This document shows, one piece after another, positions 14,536 through 27,095 of a stretch of DNA of 64,000 bases (within the stretch, counting starts at the first letter, position 1; the number at the start of each line of letters is the position of its first letter). Where the stretch lies: positions 992,001 through 1,056,000 of the forward strand of contig JASVEC010000003.1 of assembly GCA_030770535.1 (NCBI GenBank), given 5' to 3'. The translations under genes and the position numbers were made by a program. This DNA is from Batkoa obscura (lineage: Eukaryota). The notes below the pieces were generated by a model, which did no database searches, was not told the DNA's origin, and worked only from the letters and a program-made list of their open reading frames with translations.

Positions 14536-15261
14536 CCTCCAGCTTGTCAAGGTCAATAACAACTCCCCTCTGAGTCACTCAGCTATCTAAATCTCATTGT
14601 GAATAAAACCATTTTACTAAACTATTCCCTTTTTACTAAAGGTTAATTTATAAAATTTTGTAAAATTTTAAAATGCTAAAACGTCCAACATAAAAAATAC
14701 CAGTTGAATTCAATCAATTTATTATGCGCTTAGTATGGCTTGTATATAGGGATGTCCGAATTAGTCTCAGAATTTACTTAAAAATTAATCCAAATTTTGT
14801 TTTTAAATTTATAAGTCCTTAACATATGATTGGTTAAATCTAAAAAGCTTAAAATTAAATCTTTTTTTTAACTTAAGACCTATTTTAATTATTTTATTTT
14901 TTCAAATAATTAATTTTAACAACTATTTATAATAACCCAGAGTTTATAAAATTTTATAATAATAATAGAAATTATTAAAGTTTATTATTATCAATAAACT
15001 TAATCAAGTAGTATATAAAATTAATGCTTTAAAAAAAATAAAAAACAAGAACCAACAAATAGAATTATTATCAACTATAGCTTTACTATATTTTTTTGAT
15101 AAATGCAAAAGTTTTAAATTTAAGAAATAGAAATTAATATAATTATTTAAAATAGTTAATTATAATAATAATCTAACTATTTTATAAATATTTAATAATA
15201 ACAATAATAATAAGTATCTATCAGATAATATATATTAAATAAAAGTAAAAAAATAACATAT

Positions 15262-15360
15262 GAGGGTGTTTTTTTTGGTTTCATTACTTTTTCTATTTTT
15301 TAAGCGTTATTTGAGTGGAAAGATTGTTGGTAGAATTCTTAAACAAAAAAATACATCCCC
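15262..15360. mobile_element. MITE family A
   Basis: GAGGGTGTTTT...ATACATCCCC, ATAT TSD. Confidence 0.9.
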
Positions 15361-15426
15361 ATATAATAAATATTTTAATAATTTAAAAGATAAAATAGTA
15401 GCTAAATCAACAATTTTTAAATATAT

Positions 15427-15522
15427 AAGGATGTTTTTTTTGACTTGACTTTTTCCATCTTTTAAGCACCAGTTGAGTGGAAAATTTGTTAGTAAAATCC
15501 TCAAACATAAAAATATATCCCC
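15427..15522. mobile_element. MITE family A (diverged left end)
   Basis: AAGGATGTTTT...TATATCCCC, ATAT flanks. Same orientation as the copy 66 bp upstream. Confidence 0.85.
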
Positions 15523-15591
15523 ATATATTAAACAGTTTTAAAAATGCAGCAAAAAAAGCAAACTTATATAATATATGTGCCCAGTATATAA

Positions 15592-16518
15592 TGTGAAAGT
15601 TGGTACTCAGTGGTAGGAGTTAAAAGCAGTTCTTGGTTGATTAACTTGTGTGAAATATTGCTTTATTAGCTCTCGACTTGATTATAACACAACAATCACT
15701 TAAGTTGCTGTATTCTCAAGTTCAAATACAATCAATTCAGAGTCCCTTATTTTGATTTGCTGCGAGAATTTATAACTTCATATTGCAAACAATATTATCC
15801 TCTCGTTTTGATATCCATACTTATTGGTGTATAAAAGAGATTCTTCAATATGATAACTCGGGGCTTTTTAACTGAATTACTCCCTGATATCGTACTATTA
15901 ATAAAGCCACTAAGTCTTTCTGACAACATCTTATTTAGATTTTACAGTAGTATTGTCTATTCTATTTGTCTTACATAGTTCGTAACTTATTACGTATTAT
16001 TCCTATTAATTTAAGTCTATCTTAGTTACATAAACTAAGACCGTTCGACTCAAGGCAAGTTAATCAAGCAAGAACTATTTTTAACTCCTACCACTGAGTA
16101 CCAACTTTCACACTTGTCTTGAGTCGAACGGTCTTAGTTTATATAACTAAGATAGACTTAAATGAATAAGAATAATACGTAATAAGTTACGAACTATGTA
16201 AAACAAATAGAATAGACAATACTATTGTAAAATCTACGTAAGACGTTGTCAGAAAAACTTAGTGGCTTTATTAATGGTACGATATCAAGGAGTAATTCAA
16301 TTAAAAAGCCTCGAGTTATCGTGTTGAAGAATCTCTTTTATATTCTTTGCAATGTGAAGTTAGAAATTCTCACAGGAAATCAAAACAAGAAACTCTGGAT
16401 TGATTATACCACATTATTTACGGTCAAATTGATTACAAGACTACCACCAGCTTTGTAAACAAGTTAAATCATTATTATCTTATAATTAATCCGAGAGCTG
16501 ATAAACCAATATTTCACA
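15592..16518 (-). mobile_element. Solo LTR (outer), interrupted by a second LTR
   Basis: TGTGAAAGTTGG at 15592 to ATTTCACA at 16518. Reverse complement of the other LTR copies. Split at CTTG (15645-15648 / 16113-16116). No own TSD visible. Strand is relative to the other copies. Confidence 0.82.
15649..16112 (+). mobile_element. Solo LTR (inner, nested)
   Basis: TGTGAAA...TTTCACA, 464 bp, 4-bp TSD CTTG. Closely similar to 62770-63232. Confidence 0.88.
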
Positions 16519-17212
16519 CTTATTATCCAGTATCTGATAAATCAAAAAAAGTTAATATAATTCTGATTAAAGTTATAAAGTTTATAAAAAATTAAAAAAA
16601 CAACTGAAAATTTAAAAGTTCTAATATTTATTAAGCAAGTAAATAGTTTATTAGATGATAGAGATCAATTATTAAATATCAATATTATTCAAGTTATTAA
16701 TAGCTAAGTTAATAAATAAGTAAAAAGTAAGTAGTTATAATAATAAATAAAAACTATTACTATATTGCTTATATTATATAAAGATGGTTGATTATAGTTT
16801 TGAAGCTAACCACTCCCTCCCATCCAGCTATTTATTAACTTAGTGGTATATTAATAATGTAATTACAATATTAAAATAATTTATTTATTTGATAGCAAAT
16901 ATACAATATTGGTTATAAAGCATCCAATGATAAATATTTTTTAATAAAGTTTTATAGGAATATGTATTTATTTACATATTATAACTTTGATTAATATTAA
17001 TATATAGGTTATATTAGTAAAAGCTTTGGTAATCCGGGGATTTCTATTAAATTTAACAGAAATTCTGCTAACTTACAATATAAATTATAATAAAATTAAA
17101 ATTGTGTTAGGTATTTTTGCTTTTTAATAAAGAATTTATTTCTATAGAATTTATTTTTGTAACACTCTTTTTTCTTACCTGTACTTCTACTCTTATTTTT
17201 TTTTAGTTAATT

Positions 17213-17310
17213 GGGGGTGTTTTTTTGGTTTCATCGCTTTTTCCATCTTTTGAGCGCTATTTGAGCGAAAAAATTGTTAGTAAAATTCTTAAATACAAAA
17301 ATACATCCCC
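17213..17310. mobile_element. MITE family A
   Basis: GGGGGTGT...ACATCCCC. Flanks AATT/ATGT (imperfect). Confidence 0.88.
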
Positions 17311-18255
17311 ATGTAATAAATTTTTGTTCAAAGTACAAAAGTTAAGAATAATAAATCAATAGCTTCGAATTAGCCTTTTTAATTAAGTATTACACTTAAT
17401 AATTTTTATTTTAACATTTTGTTCACTATCTAAATAACCTAAAATTTGCAAAAGTTTCTTTATTGAATTTATAAATAAAATACATACCCATTTACTTTTT
17501 ATAGTAAATCAAGCTATTTTATTGGTGCATACACAATATATTACAAATCTAATTTTATTAGACATTTTAAATAATTTGTACTACTATTTAATATAGATGG
17601 TAACTAAAGTTTATAATGGGCAAAGGCTTTAAAAACATAAATCAAAACTACTCATATTAATAAATTAAAGTTTACCACATAAGATAAGCTTTGATTATTA
17701 ATTTAGATTATTAATTTATCGTGATTTGTACCTTGGAATTCCTTATCATGGCATCTGCTTATTTTACATGTTATAAACATGTTTTTATATACCAACCTAA
17801 CTGATAGTTTAAAAAATTAGACTATTTAAAATTGGACAAGATACTGAAACGAAAAAAATATTCCTGTGCATTATGTTGCTCTCTTTAAAAGAATTAATAA
17901 CTTATATTGATTACTTTAAACTTTATTATTGTTAAATGAAAAATATTAATATCGATTGAATAGTACGGAATTAAATATTAATAACAAAGGAAAATAAAAT
18001 TCTATATATCATATATTGCTTTTATTATATATGAAATAATCTAAACTATAAGACAGTAAAATTCTTAAATCAATCAAGTTTTTACTCCACCTATAAAACA
18101 AATTTAATTTAGTAATCAATGTTTGACATCATTGTTATGCCCCCTAAGATAAAAGCAAGGGAGAAAAAATCAAGTTAACTTTTTTAACTGATTTAAACCT
18201 TTATGTGTTTATTTTATTTTTAACTTTTTAAACTGAAATTATTCACTTTTTGATT

Positions 18256-19395
18256 ATGTTTTATCCAAAAACTTTGAATGATCCAATCACAACCAAAATC
18301 TCATTTACCCACGCTACTTATGAGCGTAACTTAAATCAATCTAATACTAATAATGGTACTGTAAGTCCACCAAACGGCCGTCCAAAACTAGTAAGAAAAA
18401 AATCCGGGGAAGTAGTAAAATCTGCATTAAAGCATTATGCTGATGGTAGTACTCCTCACAGTCCAAAAGCAGTTTCCTTTACCAGTAATTTGGTACGTGT
18501 ACGTTCTTATGATAAATTAGAATGCCCTCAATCCGTTAGTGGTATCATTCCTATGACTATGAAAGTAATCAATTTCTCTAGTAATTCGGCTTTCCTTGAA
18601 AGTTTACCTGTTGTTTTGGAAAGCATTGAATTGGATAAAGAAAACTCAGCAATAGTAGGCTTGATAAGGGTACAAAATCTTTGCTTTGCTAAGGAAGTAT
18701 TGGTACGGTATAGCTTTGATCATTGGACATCGTTTCAAGTTATCTATGCCAAATATTTAAGGCCTGTACATCTATCAGCAATACAACAAGATATATTTAG
18801 ATTTGATTTAATGATCCCACCAGAGATGCGAGTAAGCAATGACCCAGATGAAATTCATTCCATTAAATTTGCAATTCAATTTAATTGCTGTGGACAAGAG
18901 TATTGGGATAATAACCAAGGTAGGAACTACTCTATAGAAATTACACCCAACATTGAAGTAGACCCGGATTATATGGAGCAAAGTGTAACCATTCCACTAC
19001 CAAAAGGTAAACGTAGTAATTCTTTTGACTTAGCTTCAAGTTATGGTGCTTCACCTGATCTGTCTTCACCTGATAATTTTAGACTAAATGAAACAAAGTC
19101 TCAATTTGGGGCTAGATACTCATTTAAAAATAACGTTAAACAAGAGAATGGGAGCCGAAGTGAGGCTATTATTTCTAAAATAGATAGTATGAATAAAACG
19201 AGTGGTAAGAATACTAATGGATGGTTATTGTATGACCCGCCATCACCAGAGAATGAAGTTCAATTTGAACCAGGTAGCTTTAATGCCAGTACTAGCCCTT
19301 ATTTTTATAACTTGCCAAATACTAGTAAAAGTTTTTATGATTCTATTCCTATGGAGGATAGAAATAGTAATAATAGCTCACCTTTACATACTTGA
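18256..19395 (+). CDS. CBM21-domain PP1 glycogen-targeting subunit (Gac1/Gip2-like), paralog 1
   Basis: LVRKKSGEVVKSALK, RVxF motif KAVSF, CBM21 motifs GLIRVQNLCFAKEVLVRYSFDHW and EYWDNNQGRNY. Intronless; ATG at 18256. Confidence 0.9.
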   Translation: MFYPKTLNDPITTKISFTHATYERNLNQSNTNNGTVSPPNGRPKLVRKKSGEVVKSALKHYADGSTPHSPKAVSFTSNLVRVRSYDKLECPQSVSGIIPMTMKVINFSSNSAFLESLPVVLESIELDKENSAIVGLIRVQNLCFAKEVLVRYSFDHWTSFQVIYAKYLRPVHLSAIQQDIFRFDLMIPPEMRVSNDPDEIHSIKFAIQFNCCGQEYWDNNQGRNYSIEITPNIEVDPDYMEQSVTIPLPKGKRSNSFDLASSYGASPDLSSPDNFRLNETKSQFGARYSFKNNVKQENGSRSEAIISKIDSMNKTSGKNTNGWLLYDPPSPENEVQFEPGSFNASTSPYFYNLPNTSKSFYDSIPMEDRNSNNSSPLHT

Positions 19396-20337
19396 AAAAA
19401 AAGAATTGTATTAGTTTTTGGTCTTAATTTATTTAGTATTATTAAAAAATATATTATATTTTTGCATCTGCTTTTTCTATTTTGTTTTTAGAAATCAATG
19501 ATTCACAATTTTTTCTTTTTATCATCCTTATCTCATATTATAAAGCGATAAGAGGTAATAAAACTAAACCTCAATTTTCATCTTAAAACAATAAAAATAT
19601 GAAAATCGCTTTATTCTTAATAGTAAAATCAAGTATAATACTTGAAAGAGGTCAATATACGAATTAACAATATTATAAAAGATAGAAAAGTGACCCCAAA
19701 CTGATATCATTAAAAAAAATTATTTCTATTCATCATTCCATATACGCTTTAACTATTTCATTTTTTAATATGATAGTTTATCGTATTTATTTCAAATATT
19801 ACAAATGTTACGATGAAGTATTTTATTTTCATTTATTCGGCTAATCTACTTACTTTTAGTGAAGTTTTAATTTATTACTTACTAATAGTTTACTAATGAT
19901 ATCCCGAAAGTATACAGCATTTTGGTTTTGATTTATAATTATTCTTTTCTCAATATAAGTATAAAATGAAGGGCATAAGATAAATATTTGTAATGATATT
20001 AATTTTTTCTTTATAGAATTTGTATTATTTTAAAGTGTTATTTTTCTGTACATATATTTTTAAACTCCTTCTCGCACTTATTCTATTATTTTTTTCCAAA
20101 CTCTATCTTTATTTAATTTATGAATTAATTTCATAACTTTTATGGAAACTATGTAAACTTTACCTTCTAAATTTTATAGCGTTAATTTAACCTAAGAACA
20201 ATTTATACTTCAAATTTTAGTGCAATAGTGAGATCATAATGTTTTTTATTTTTATTAACTGTCCTTTTAGAACAAAATTAAATAAAGCAATGATTAAATA
20301 AACATAGAAAACTTTTAATAAGCCCAGCTTAGAATTA

Positions 20338-21399
20338 TTAATTACAGTAGGATTTTCCCCATCCAAAGCTTTGGTAATTACTGATAGGAGAACATGACAC
20401 AGGTTCATAATGGACTTGTGATTGAGAACGGATTTGTTCACTTTGTAAAGCTTGGACCTCATTGCAAAATGATTTAAGGTCCACCTTGGCCGATCTACTA
20501 GACTTTAAAGATTGTTCAAAGCTATAGCGGGTTGAAAAGGGTGAGTTGGTAGTTGTATTTTGAATTAAATTAGATAAGGAAGGTGCAGGAGAAGAACTAT
20601 CGAAAGATTTAGAACGGACTCTATTTGAATTACCAGGTCTGATTGGAATAGGAGCTGAACAAGTTTTATCTGTTTCTTGAATGTTAACATAATAGGAAGG
20701 GTTGACATCAACAATGTAGTTATTATTGTTGTTATTATCCCAGTGCTCTTCACCTCTTACATTGTATTGAATAGCAAATTGAAGCTTGAATACCTTTTTA
20801 GGATTATTTGTAAATAAAATACTCTTTGGAATATCTATCTTATATTTGAATAAATCTTGTGCGTTTAAAATTTGAGACAAAGAGCGGAAGTAGGCAGCTT
20901 CACTTTCTTGAACTGTAGTCCAATCATCAAAGGTATATTTTAAGGTGACTTTTTTGGCATAATCGAGATTGTTGACACGAATCTTACCAATGATACTAGT
21001 ACATAAGCTATCTAAAGCAATAGACTCTAAACAGACTTGTTGTGAAAATATACGATGTTGAAGATGAAGCAAATCAGGGCATGAGATTGATAAAGGAACT
21101 TTACCACTTACTGCTTGAGGACATAATAATTTATCAAAGGTACGTACCTTAGTAAGCTCCTCATTAAATGTTACTGACTTTGATCTTGAATGACTTGGCC
21201 TTACTGGTGACTTTAAAGCTGATTTGGTTTGATTGATAGTATGAACTGGGATTGAATTAGTAAGGGGTTTAATAACTTCGATCTTAGGGATGATTACTTT
21301 TTTAGTTGGTTTGTAAGCTGGAACAGATACAGTGTTGACACTGACATTGTGTAATTGAGATTGGAATTGAAATAAAGCGGAAGGTGATACGGACAACAT
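20338..21399 (-). CDS. CBM21-domain PP1 glycogen-targeting subunit, paralog 2
   Basis: KSALK, KSVTF, GKIRVNNLDYAKKVTLKYTFDDW and EHWDNNNNNNY. Intronless; likely ATG at 21399. Confidence 0.9.
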   Translation of the reverse strand: MLSVSPSALFQFQSQLHNVSVNTVSVPAYKPTKKVIIPKIEVIKPLTNSIPVHTINQTKSALKSPVRPSHSRSKSVTFNEELTKVRTFDKLLCPQAVSGKVPLSISCPDLLHLQHRIFSQQVCLESIALDSLCTSIIGKIRVNNLDYAKKVTLKYTFDDWTTVQESEAAYFRSLSQILNAQDLFKYKIDIPKSILFTNNPKKVFKLQFAIQYNVRGEEHWDNNNNNNYIVDVNPSYYVNIQETDKTCSAPIPIRPGNSNRVRSKSFDSSSPAPSLSNLIQNTTTNSPFSTRYSFEQSLKSSRSAKVDLKSFCNEVQALQSEQIRSQSQVHYEPVSCSPISNYQSFGWGKSYCN

Positions 21400-21625
21400 G
21401 TTGTAATAAATAAAATTGATAATTAAATAAGTTTGGATATTTATAAGTGAAGAACTAGTCAAATAAATACAATTAAAGTTGAAACTATAGAGATTTCTAT
21501 TTTCAATTTAAAAGAGATTTAAAAAAAAATTGAGTAGTTTGGGTTCATATTTATACTTTTGGGGTTCCTAAGAATTGGATTTCTAAATTTATTAGGATCC
21601 TCCTCATAAATTATTAAATTTATGC

Positions 21626-24305
21626 GATAAGATAAGGACAAGCAAACATTATGTAAATTACTAAATTTAGTATACGATTTATCGGTTTATTTTTTAATAG
21701 AACGTTGTTATCTTCAAAACAAAAAAGCTGAGTCTACCAAACTTACAAAAATAAAATACAGATAAAATATTATACAAGATTATTTAGTGTTTAATTAAAT
21801 AATACTTATATCTAATTAATTGCTATTATTGATAAATAGCTTCTTAATATTATTAGTAGAATATTAGTACACGCTTGAATTGTTAAAATTGATTAATTTT
21901 TAACTTAATTAATCTGATGTTAATAGAAAAATAAATGAAGAAGCGATAAAATACACAATACTTAAATTAATTAAACGATTGGCTTAAATGTAATTAAGAT
22001 AAAAAAGTAAGTATAGAGATAATAATAATAATATATTATTATTTAAATATTCATATAATACAATCTTCATAAAATAGCATTATACTATATTATATAAATA
22101 TTAAATAAGATCGTTTGCTTTGTTTTATTTTATTACGTTAATTTATTTTAAGGTTTTAAATTTCTAATCATCTTATTTTGAATTGCAAATAAAGGCATGG
22201 GAAAAACTCAGGGAAAAATTCAGGGTAAATATGATTAGATCACTAACAATCAAAAGTAAAAAATGAGTCAGATGGATTAAAATTTACGCCTGTAAAATAG
22301 ATAAATTTGTACAGTTTGATTTGAGTTAAACTAAGTTTTATAAAGCATTTATTAAAAGATAACATGATCTTAATCTATTTTAAAAATATTATCATGAGAT
22401 ACTCCTTATTTGTTGTTTTTGCTTAATAAAACACCACTCTTAGCTTAGTGGACTCGATTTTTTGATATCAAACACTGAAATTATTATCTTTAATTATAAA
22501 GATAAGCCTAAATTTAATTTAACATTTATTTGTTTATAGTATAATTTAGGATTATTATAATATAAAAGAAAGTCAAACATTTTAAACATTTATAGTAAAA
22601 AAACACATAAAATATAATATGATTTTATTAAAAGATCATATGTAGTGAAAGGGTGTTATAAAGTTTAAAAATGCTTGAAATGATTAATACCGTGGTAAAA
22701 TCAAGCAAGTTTTAATAAATCTTAAGCAGTCCCTTTTAAAAATTTAAAAGTACGTAAAGCTTCAAAAGAAAACGATAAGGATGGGAATAATCTAGTATAA
22801 GACTTTCAAAATAATACTTAAAGTTCTTTTATTAATTTTATAATCTAATTTTCCATTATTGATAATAGTATATTCCCCTTAATGTACTATCAAATCACTA
22901 TTTTATCTTATCATTATACTTAACCACCATTAATATTAAGGTTATATCATCAAGTAAATATACATTTGCCATGATTTTCATTTAAATTACAAATTATAAG
23001 GTACTTTCATTTGATAGACAACAAATAACACCATCTAATCTCTACTTTTTGCCACGTTTTAATAGTATCAATCTTATAACTATTTAACTATTAATTTTAA
23101 CTCATTTTGCAATGATAATTCAAAAATATCAAATTATACTCTTATTCTTATCCCCTTTTCAAAAAGGAGGTACTAAATTTTAAAGTTTAACTTTATAAGA
23201 TTAAATGAAATAAAATAATTCCCTTATTTTTATTGATTTTATTGATTTTATTGATTTTATTGATTTTATTGATTTTTCTCACGCCTAGAAATCTCATCTT
23301 CAGTTAACTTTTAAATTCAAACGTAAGTTTATATTAAACAAATCATTATGTTTAGTTATTATTTAGTTTATTTTCATAGATAAGAAACTATTAATTATAA
23401 TTCTATCTTATTCTTTTCGTTATTATAAACCATCCATATTTTAATAAATTGATACTAAATGGTACAAGCTTCTGCCTTAGATAAGAGTATTTTTACTACC
23501 TCCAAGTTTATTAAAACATTTAAGGGATAAAGTTAACTAAAAATAGACTGCATTTATAAAAATAACCTAAAAAAGATTCTACAGAATTTTCAATCCCAAA
23601 ACTTTATGCTTGAAACTGAACCATGTTTGTGCAATCAAATTATAAAGTTAAATAACTATTATTAATAACGTAATAATAAGTTCAAAGATGTTCATTTTAA
23701 TCAGCTATTTAATTAATAAATAGATAAGGAAACTTAACTTCTATCAAAATATTATAGTCATCTTAAAGTTTACTAATATTATATTTTGTTATTACTATAT
23801 TTTTAATAGTTTCAAAGATAAGAGCACCGCCCAAATTTAATAAAATCGCAATATTAAATGGAAAATTAGTTCCACACTATACCGTTATCTGTAAAAATCC
23901 CACCCCCTAAACTTTGGCTCACTTTGTTATTAAAATATTCCTATTTATATTTTATTAAACAATGTAACTTTAATGATCTCACATCAATTTGTAGTTAAAA
24001 CTTGAATTGTAAAACAAACTAACATCAATCAATTTAAGTGTGTTATTTTTACCATCTACTATTTCATTAATAAAGTAGTAATAAAGTTTATACAATTGTA
24101 ATAATAACATGAATTTAAACTCATACGAATAGTTTTATTAATATGGCGTTGTTATCTGCTAAATGTTATATTAAAATCCTGTAGTTTTAAAGAATAAATT
24201 GAAATGAGCTCATTCTTACATTTAATTTGAATGAAATGAAAGTTTAAGACAAACACAAGTTTACCCAACTCCCTTTATCTACCCTCCATCTTTAAAAGTG
24301 ATAAG
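21626..24305. promoter_or_regulatory. Cluster of GATAAG/CTTATC motifs in the divergent spacer between CBM21 paralogs 2 and 3
   Basis: Sites at 21626, 21631, 22501, 22774, 22907, 23147, 23379, 23480, 23723, 23817 and 24300. Confidence 0.45.
23232..23276. repeat. 9-bp tandem repeat (ATTGATTTT)x5
   Basis: Read directly from the sequence. Confidence 0.9.
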
Positions 24306-24495
24306 AATAGAACCAATCATTTAGAGCTAATGTCGACGTCAACGCAATTATTGAATTAGTATATAAACAACATTAGAAATTCTAAATCTACCCCTGATAA
24401 TAATCAATTTTCCCCATAATCAACGAAAATTATATAAATAAATTTTTAGCTTTATCAGAGATAACGCTTTTTTTATTCTATTTTTTAAAAAAAAT

Positions 24496-25494
24496 ATGCT
24501 TTATAATTACTCACCTCCTTTATTAAGTACAACAAACTATGTACCTACTACTTCGTTATCTTTAACTCATGCTATTTTTGAATCTCAGATTCAACCTAAA
24601 CCAAAACTATTAATACGTAAAATTTCAGGAGAAGTTGTTAAACCGATATTAAAAAGAGAAGATAGTTTTAACAGTAAACATGTATTAAAGAGTGTTCAGT
24701 TTTCAAGTAAAGAATTAGCCAAAATAGTGCGATTCGATAAAACATTATGTCCTCAATCTATTAGTGGGAAAATACCTTTGAGTATTAAATTGATTAATTT
24801 TAATTCAACTGTAGATAGGTATTATCATATGGTTCATTTAGAAGGTATTGAATTAAGTAAAGATAAGTCGAGAATTCAAGGGTTAATAAATGTAACTAAT
24901 ATAACATTTCAAAAAGAAGTTATAGTGAGATATACTTTTGATAATTGGACTTCATTTTCACATATCGATGCTTATCATCATAAAAGTATAAATCAAGATA
25001 AAGATCAATTTCAATTTGTATTAACCTTACCAAAAGATAAGTTAACGAGCGAAGATGTAAATATGGAATATAATTTAAAATTCGCGATTCAATATAATGT
25101 ATGTAATAACGAGTATTGGGATAACAACGAAGGTAAAAATTATACGGTAGCCATTAAACCCAGTGTATATATTAAAGAACCAAAGCCAAGCCTTGGTTCA
25201 AGATATTGTATCAACGATAGCTTAAAGGAAGAAGTAGTAAATCAACATATTAAATGTATACCGAAATCGAGTTATAAACAAAACGATTTTATATCGATAA
25301 ATGAAACTTTTTTTACATCGTCAAATGTATTCAATAATATACAGTGTAATAATAACCTTTTGAGCTCTTCTCCTATCCACTTATCTTGTTCCCCAGTTTA
25401 TGGTATGGGTTGGGCTAAAGCAGGTTCATCTTGGTTTGACTCCATCACTATAGATTCTTTCAGTCATTCACCACCAGTTTCTTTTAGTTCTTAG
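24496..25494 (+). CDS. CBM21-domain PP1 glycogen-targeting subunit, paralog 3
   Basis: LIRKISGEVVKPILK, KSVQF, GLINVTNITFQKEVIVRYTFDNW and EYWDNNEGKNY. Intronless. Confidence 0.9.
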   Translation: MLYNYSPPLLSTTNYVPTTSLSLTHAIFESQIQPKPKLLIRKISGEVVKPILKREDSFNSKHVLKSVQFSSKELAKIVRFDKTLCPQSISGKIPLSIKLINFNSTVDRYYHMVHLEGIELSKDKSRIQGLINVTNITFQKEVIVRYTFDNWTSFSHIDAYHHKSINQDKDQFQFVLTLPKDKLTSEDVNMEYNLKFAIQYNVCNNEYWDNNEGKNYTVAIKPSVYIKEPKPSLGSRYCINDSLKEEVVNQHIKCIPKSSYKQNDFISINETFFTSSNVFNNIQCNNNLLSSSPIHLSCSPVYGMGWAKAGSSWFDSITIDSFSHSPPVSFSS

Positions 25495-26999
25495 GTTTTT
25501 GATTCTTTTTAGTTTTAGTTTAATAAATTATGTATTTTTTTACAACAAGGTGATAGGAAATTTTCATGTTTGTTTTAAGTTGTAAAATATTTACTGTAGT
25601 TTTTGATTTATGATTACAAATCATAAAGTTGAATTTTTTTGAAATTTTGGGTAAATAATGTATAATAGTTGAATCTCATAAACCTTTTCCTGGACTAGAT
25701 CTTTTAATAAAACACCCGTTCAGCATTTCCAGATCCGCTAAAAGTCAACCTTGAATTATCGAAAAAGCTATATCAAACTATTCTTTTTAATTTTTATATT
25801 AAGACCTAAAAATCCCCTTAACACTTATCCCAATTCCTTAATTTTTCTCCATTGTTTTTTGAGTGAATAAATGCCTATTAGCTCTTGTAGTAATGTTTAT
25901 TTTTAGGCGGAAATTACTATGGCTATGAATGTATCTAGATTCTTTTGGGCAAAATTTGTGACTATGTTTTGCAGTAAAAATTTGCAAAATGATTGTTTTG
26001 ATATAAAATACTTATAAAACATGAATGTTTTATTTAATTTAATTGTTAGAAAGGTTTTTTTGTGATATCATTTTTTTAGTATATTCAAGCTAATTTTAAT
26101 AAAGGGTTTTCATCTTAAAAAGTCTAGATACTAAGTGCTTTATTTACCAAAATAAAGACAATATACAAAGAAATGACTCTCCAGGAACACTATAAGGAAG
26201 GAGTTAATTAGTAGGCTTAGAATCCGTTCAAGTATATTGTAATCCCCTCTAGGCTTAACTAAGTCAAAGAGATCACACTTATGCTGAGGTCTCAAAAAGT
26301 TATCCCATTCAAGGTCAGAGATTTAATAGAGGCAATGGGGTTATGAGTGTCATTGATAAATTGATAGGCGAAAAACCTCTTATAAGCATTATAGATGCTT
26401 CTGGCAGTAAAAGGGAACGGAGAAAGGGCTGTAAGGGGCCAATATGGAATGAAAGTTGTAGAAGCGTGAATCTAGTTAAATAGTTTCAACTTTTTAAACA
26501 TTGCGGTATTTTTGTAGTTTTCATTTTTATATTGAATTAATTTTTTATAAACTTTTATCTATTTTAAATAATTTATTTAACTACTAATTAAATACAGATA
26601 TTTTTAATTTTAAAAGTATATTTTCTTACTTCTTTATTGAATTAAAATTAATTATTCTTAAATATGAAAAGTTTCATTTTACTTTTTTAAAATATAGCTT
26701 TTTATATAAATAACTAAAGAAAAATATTTTTATTATATTTTTTTGATTAATCATAGAACCTTAGTTTAATACATAAAAGTGTATTTTAGAAATATATTGA
26801 GGTTATTGATAATTAAATAAATTTCATGTTTAATTAGTATATTTGATATTATTTTATTTTATTTTATCCTATATTGATAAATAATAAAATAGAATTTTTT
26901 TCTAATAAAGTTATACATCAAAATAAAAAATGGGTTTTATATTTTGATAATAATTTTAGTTTAATTTTCTAATAGTTTTAAATAATTTATAAAACATAT

Positions 27000-27095
27000 G
27001 GGGGTGTTTTTTTGGCTTCATTATTTTTTCATTTTTTGAGCGCTATTTAGCGGAAAGATTGTTAGTGAAATTCTTAAACAATAAAATACATCCCC
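27000..27095. mobile_element. MITE family A
   Basis: GGGGGTGT...ACATCCCC, ATAT TSD. Followed by an inverted copy of its own end (27100-27123). Confidence 0.9.

Noticed and set aside
14745..14775. AGGGATGTCCGAATTAGTC as a mariner-like or MITE terminus
   Set aside because: No partner inverted end was found in the window.
16035..16112. tRNA/SINE-like A and B boxes in the LTR end (GTTCGACTC; TACTCAGTGG)
   Set aside because: The two motifs lie on opposite strands and no cloverleaf is evident.
16246..16458. 70-aa ORF inside the outer LTR
   Set aside because: Non-ATG start inside LTR sequence and no retroelement motif.
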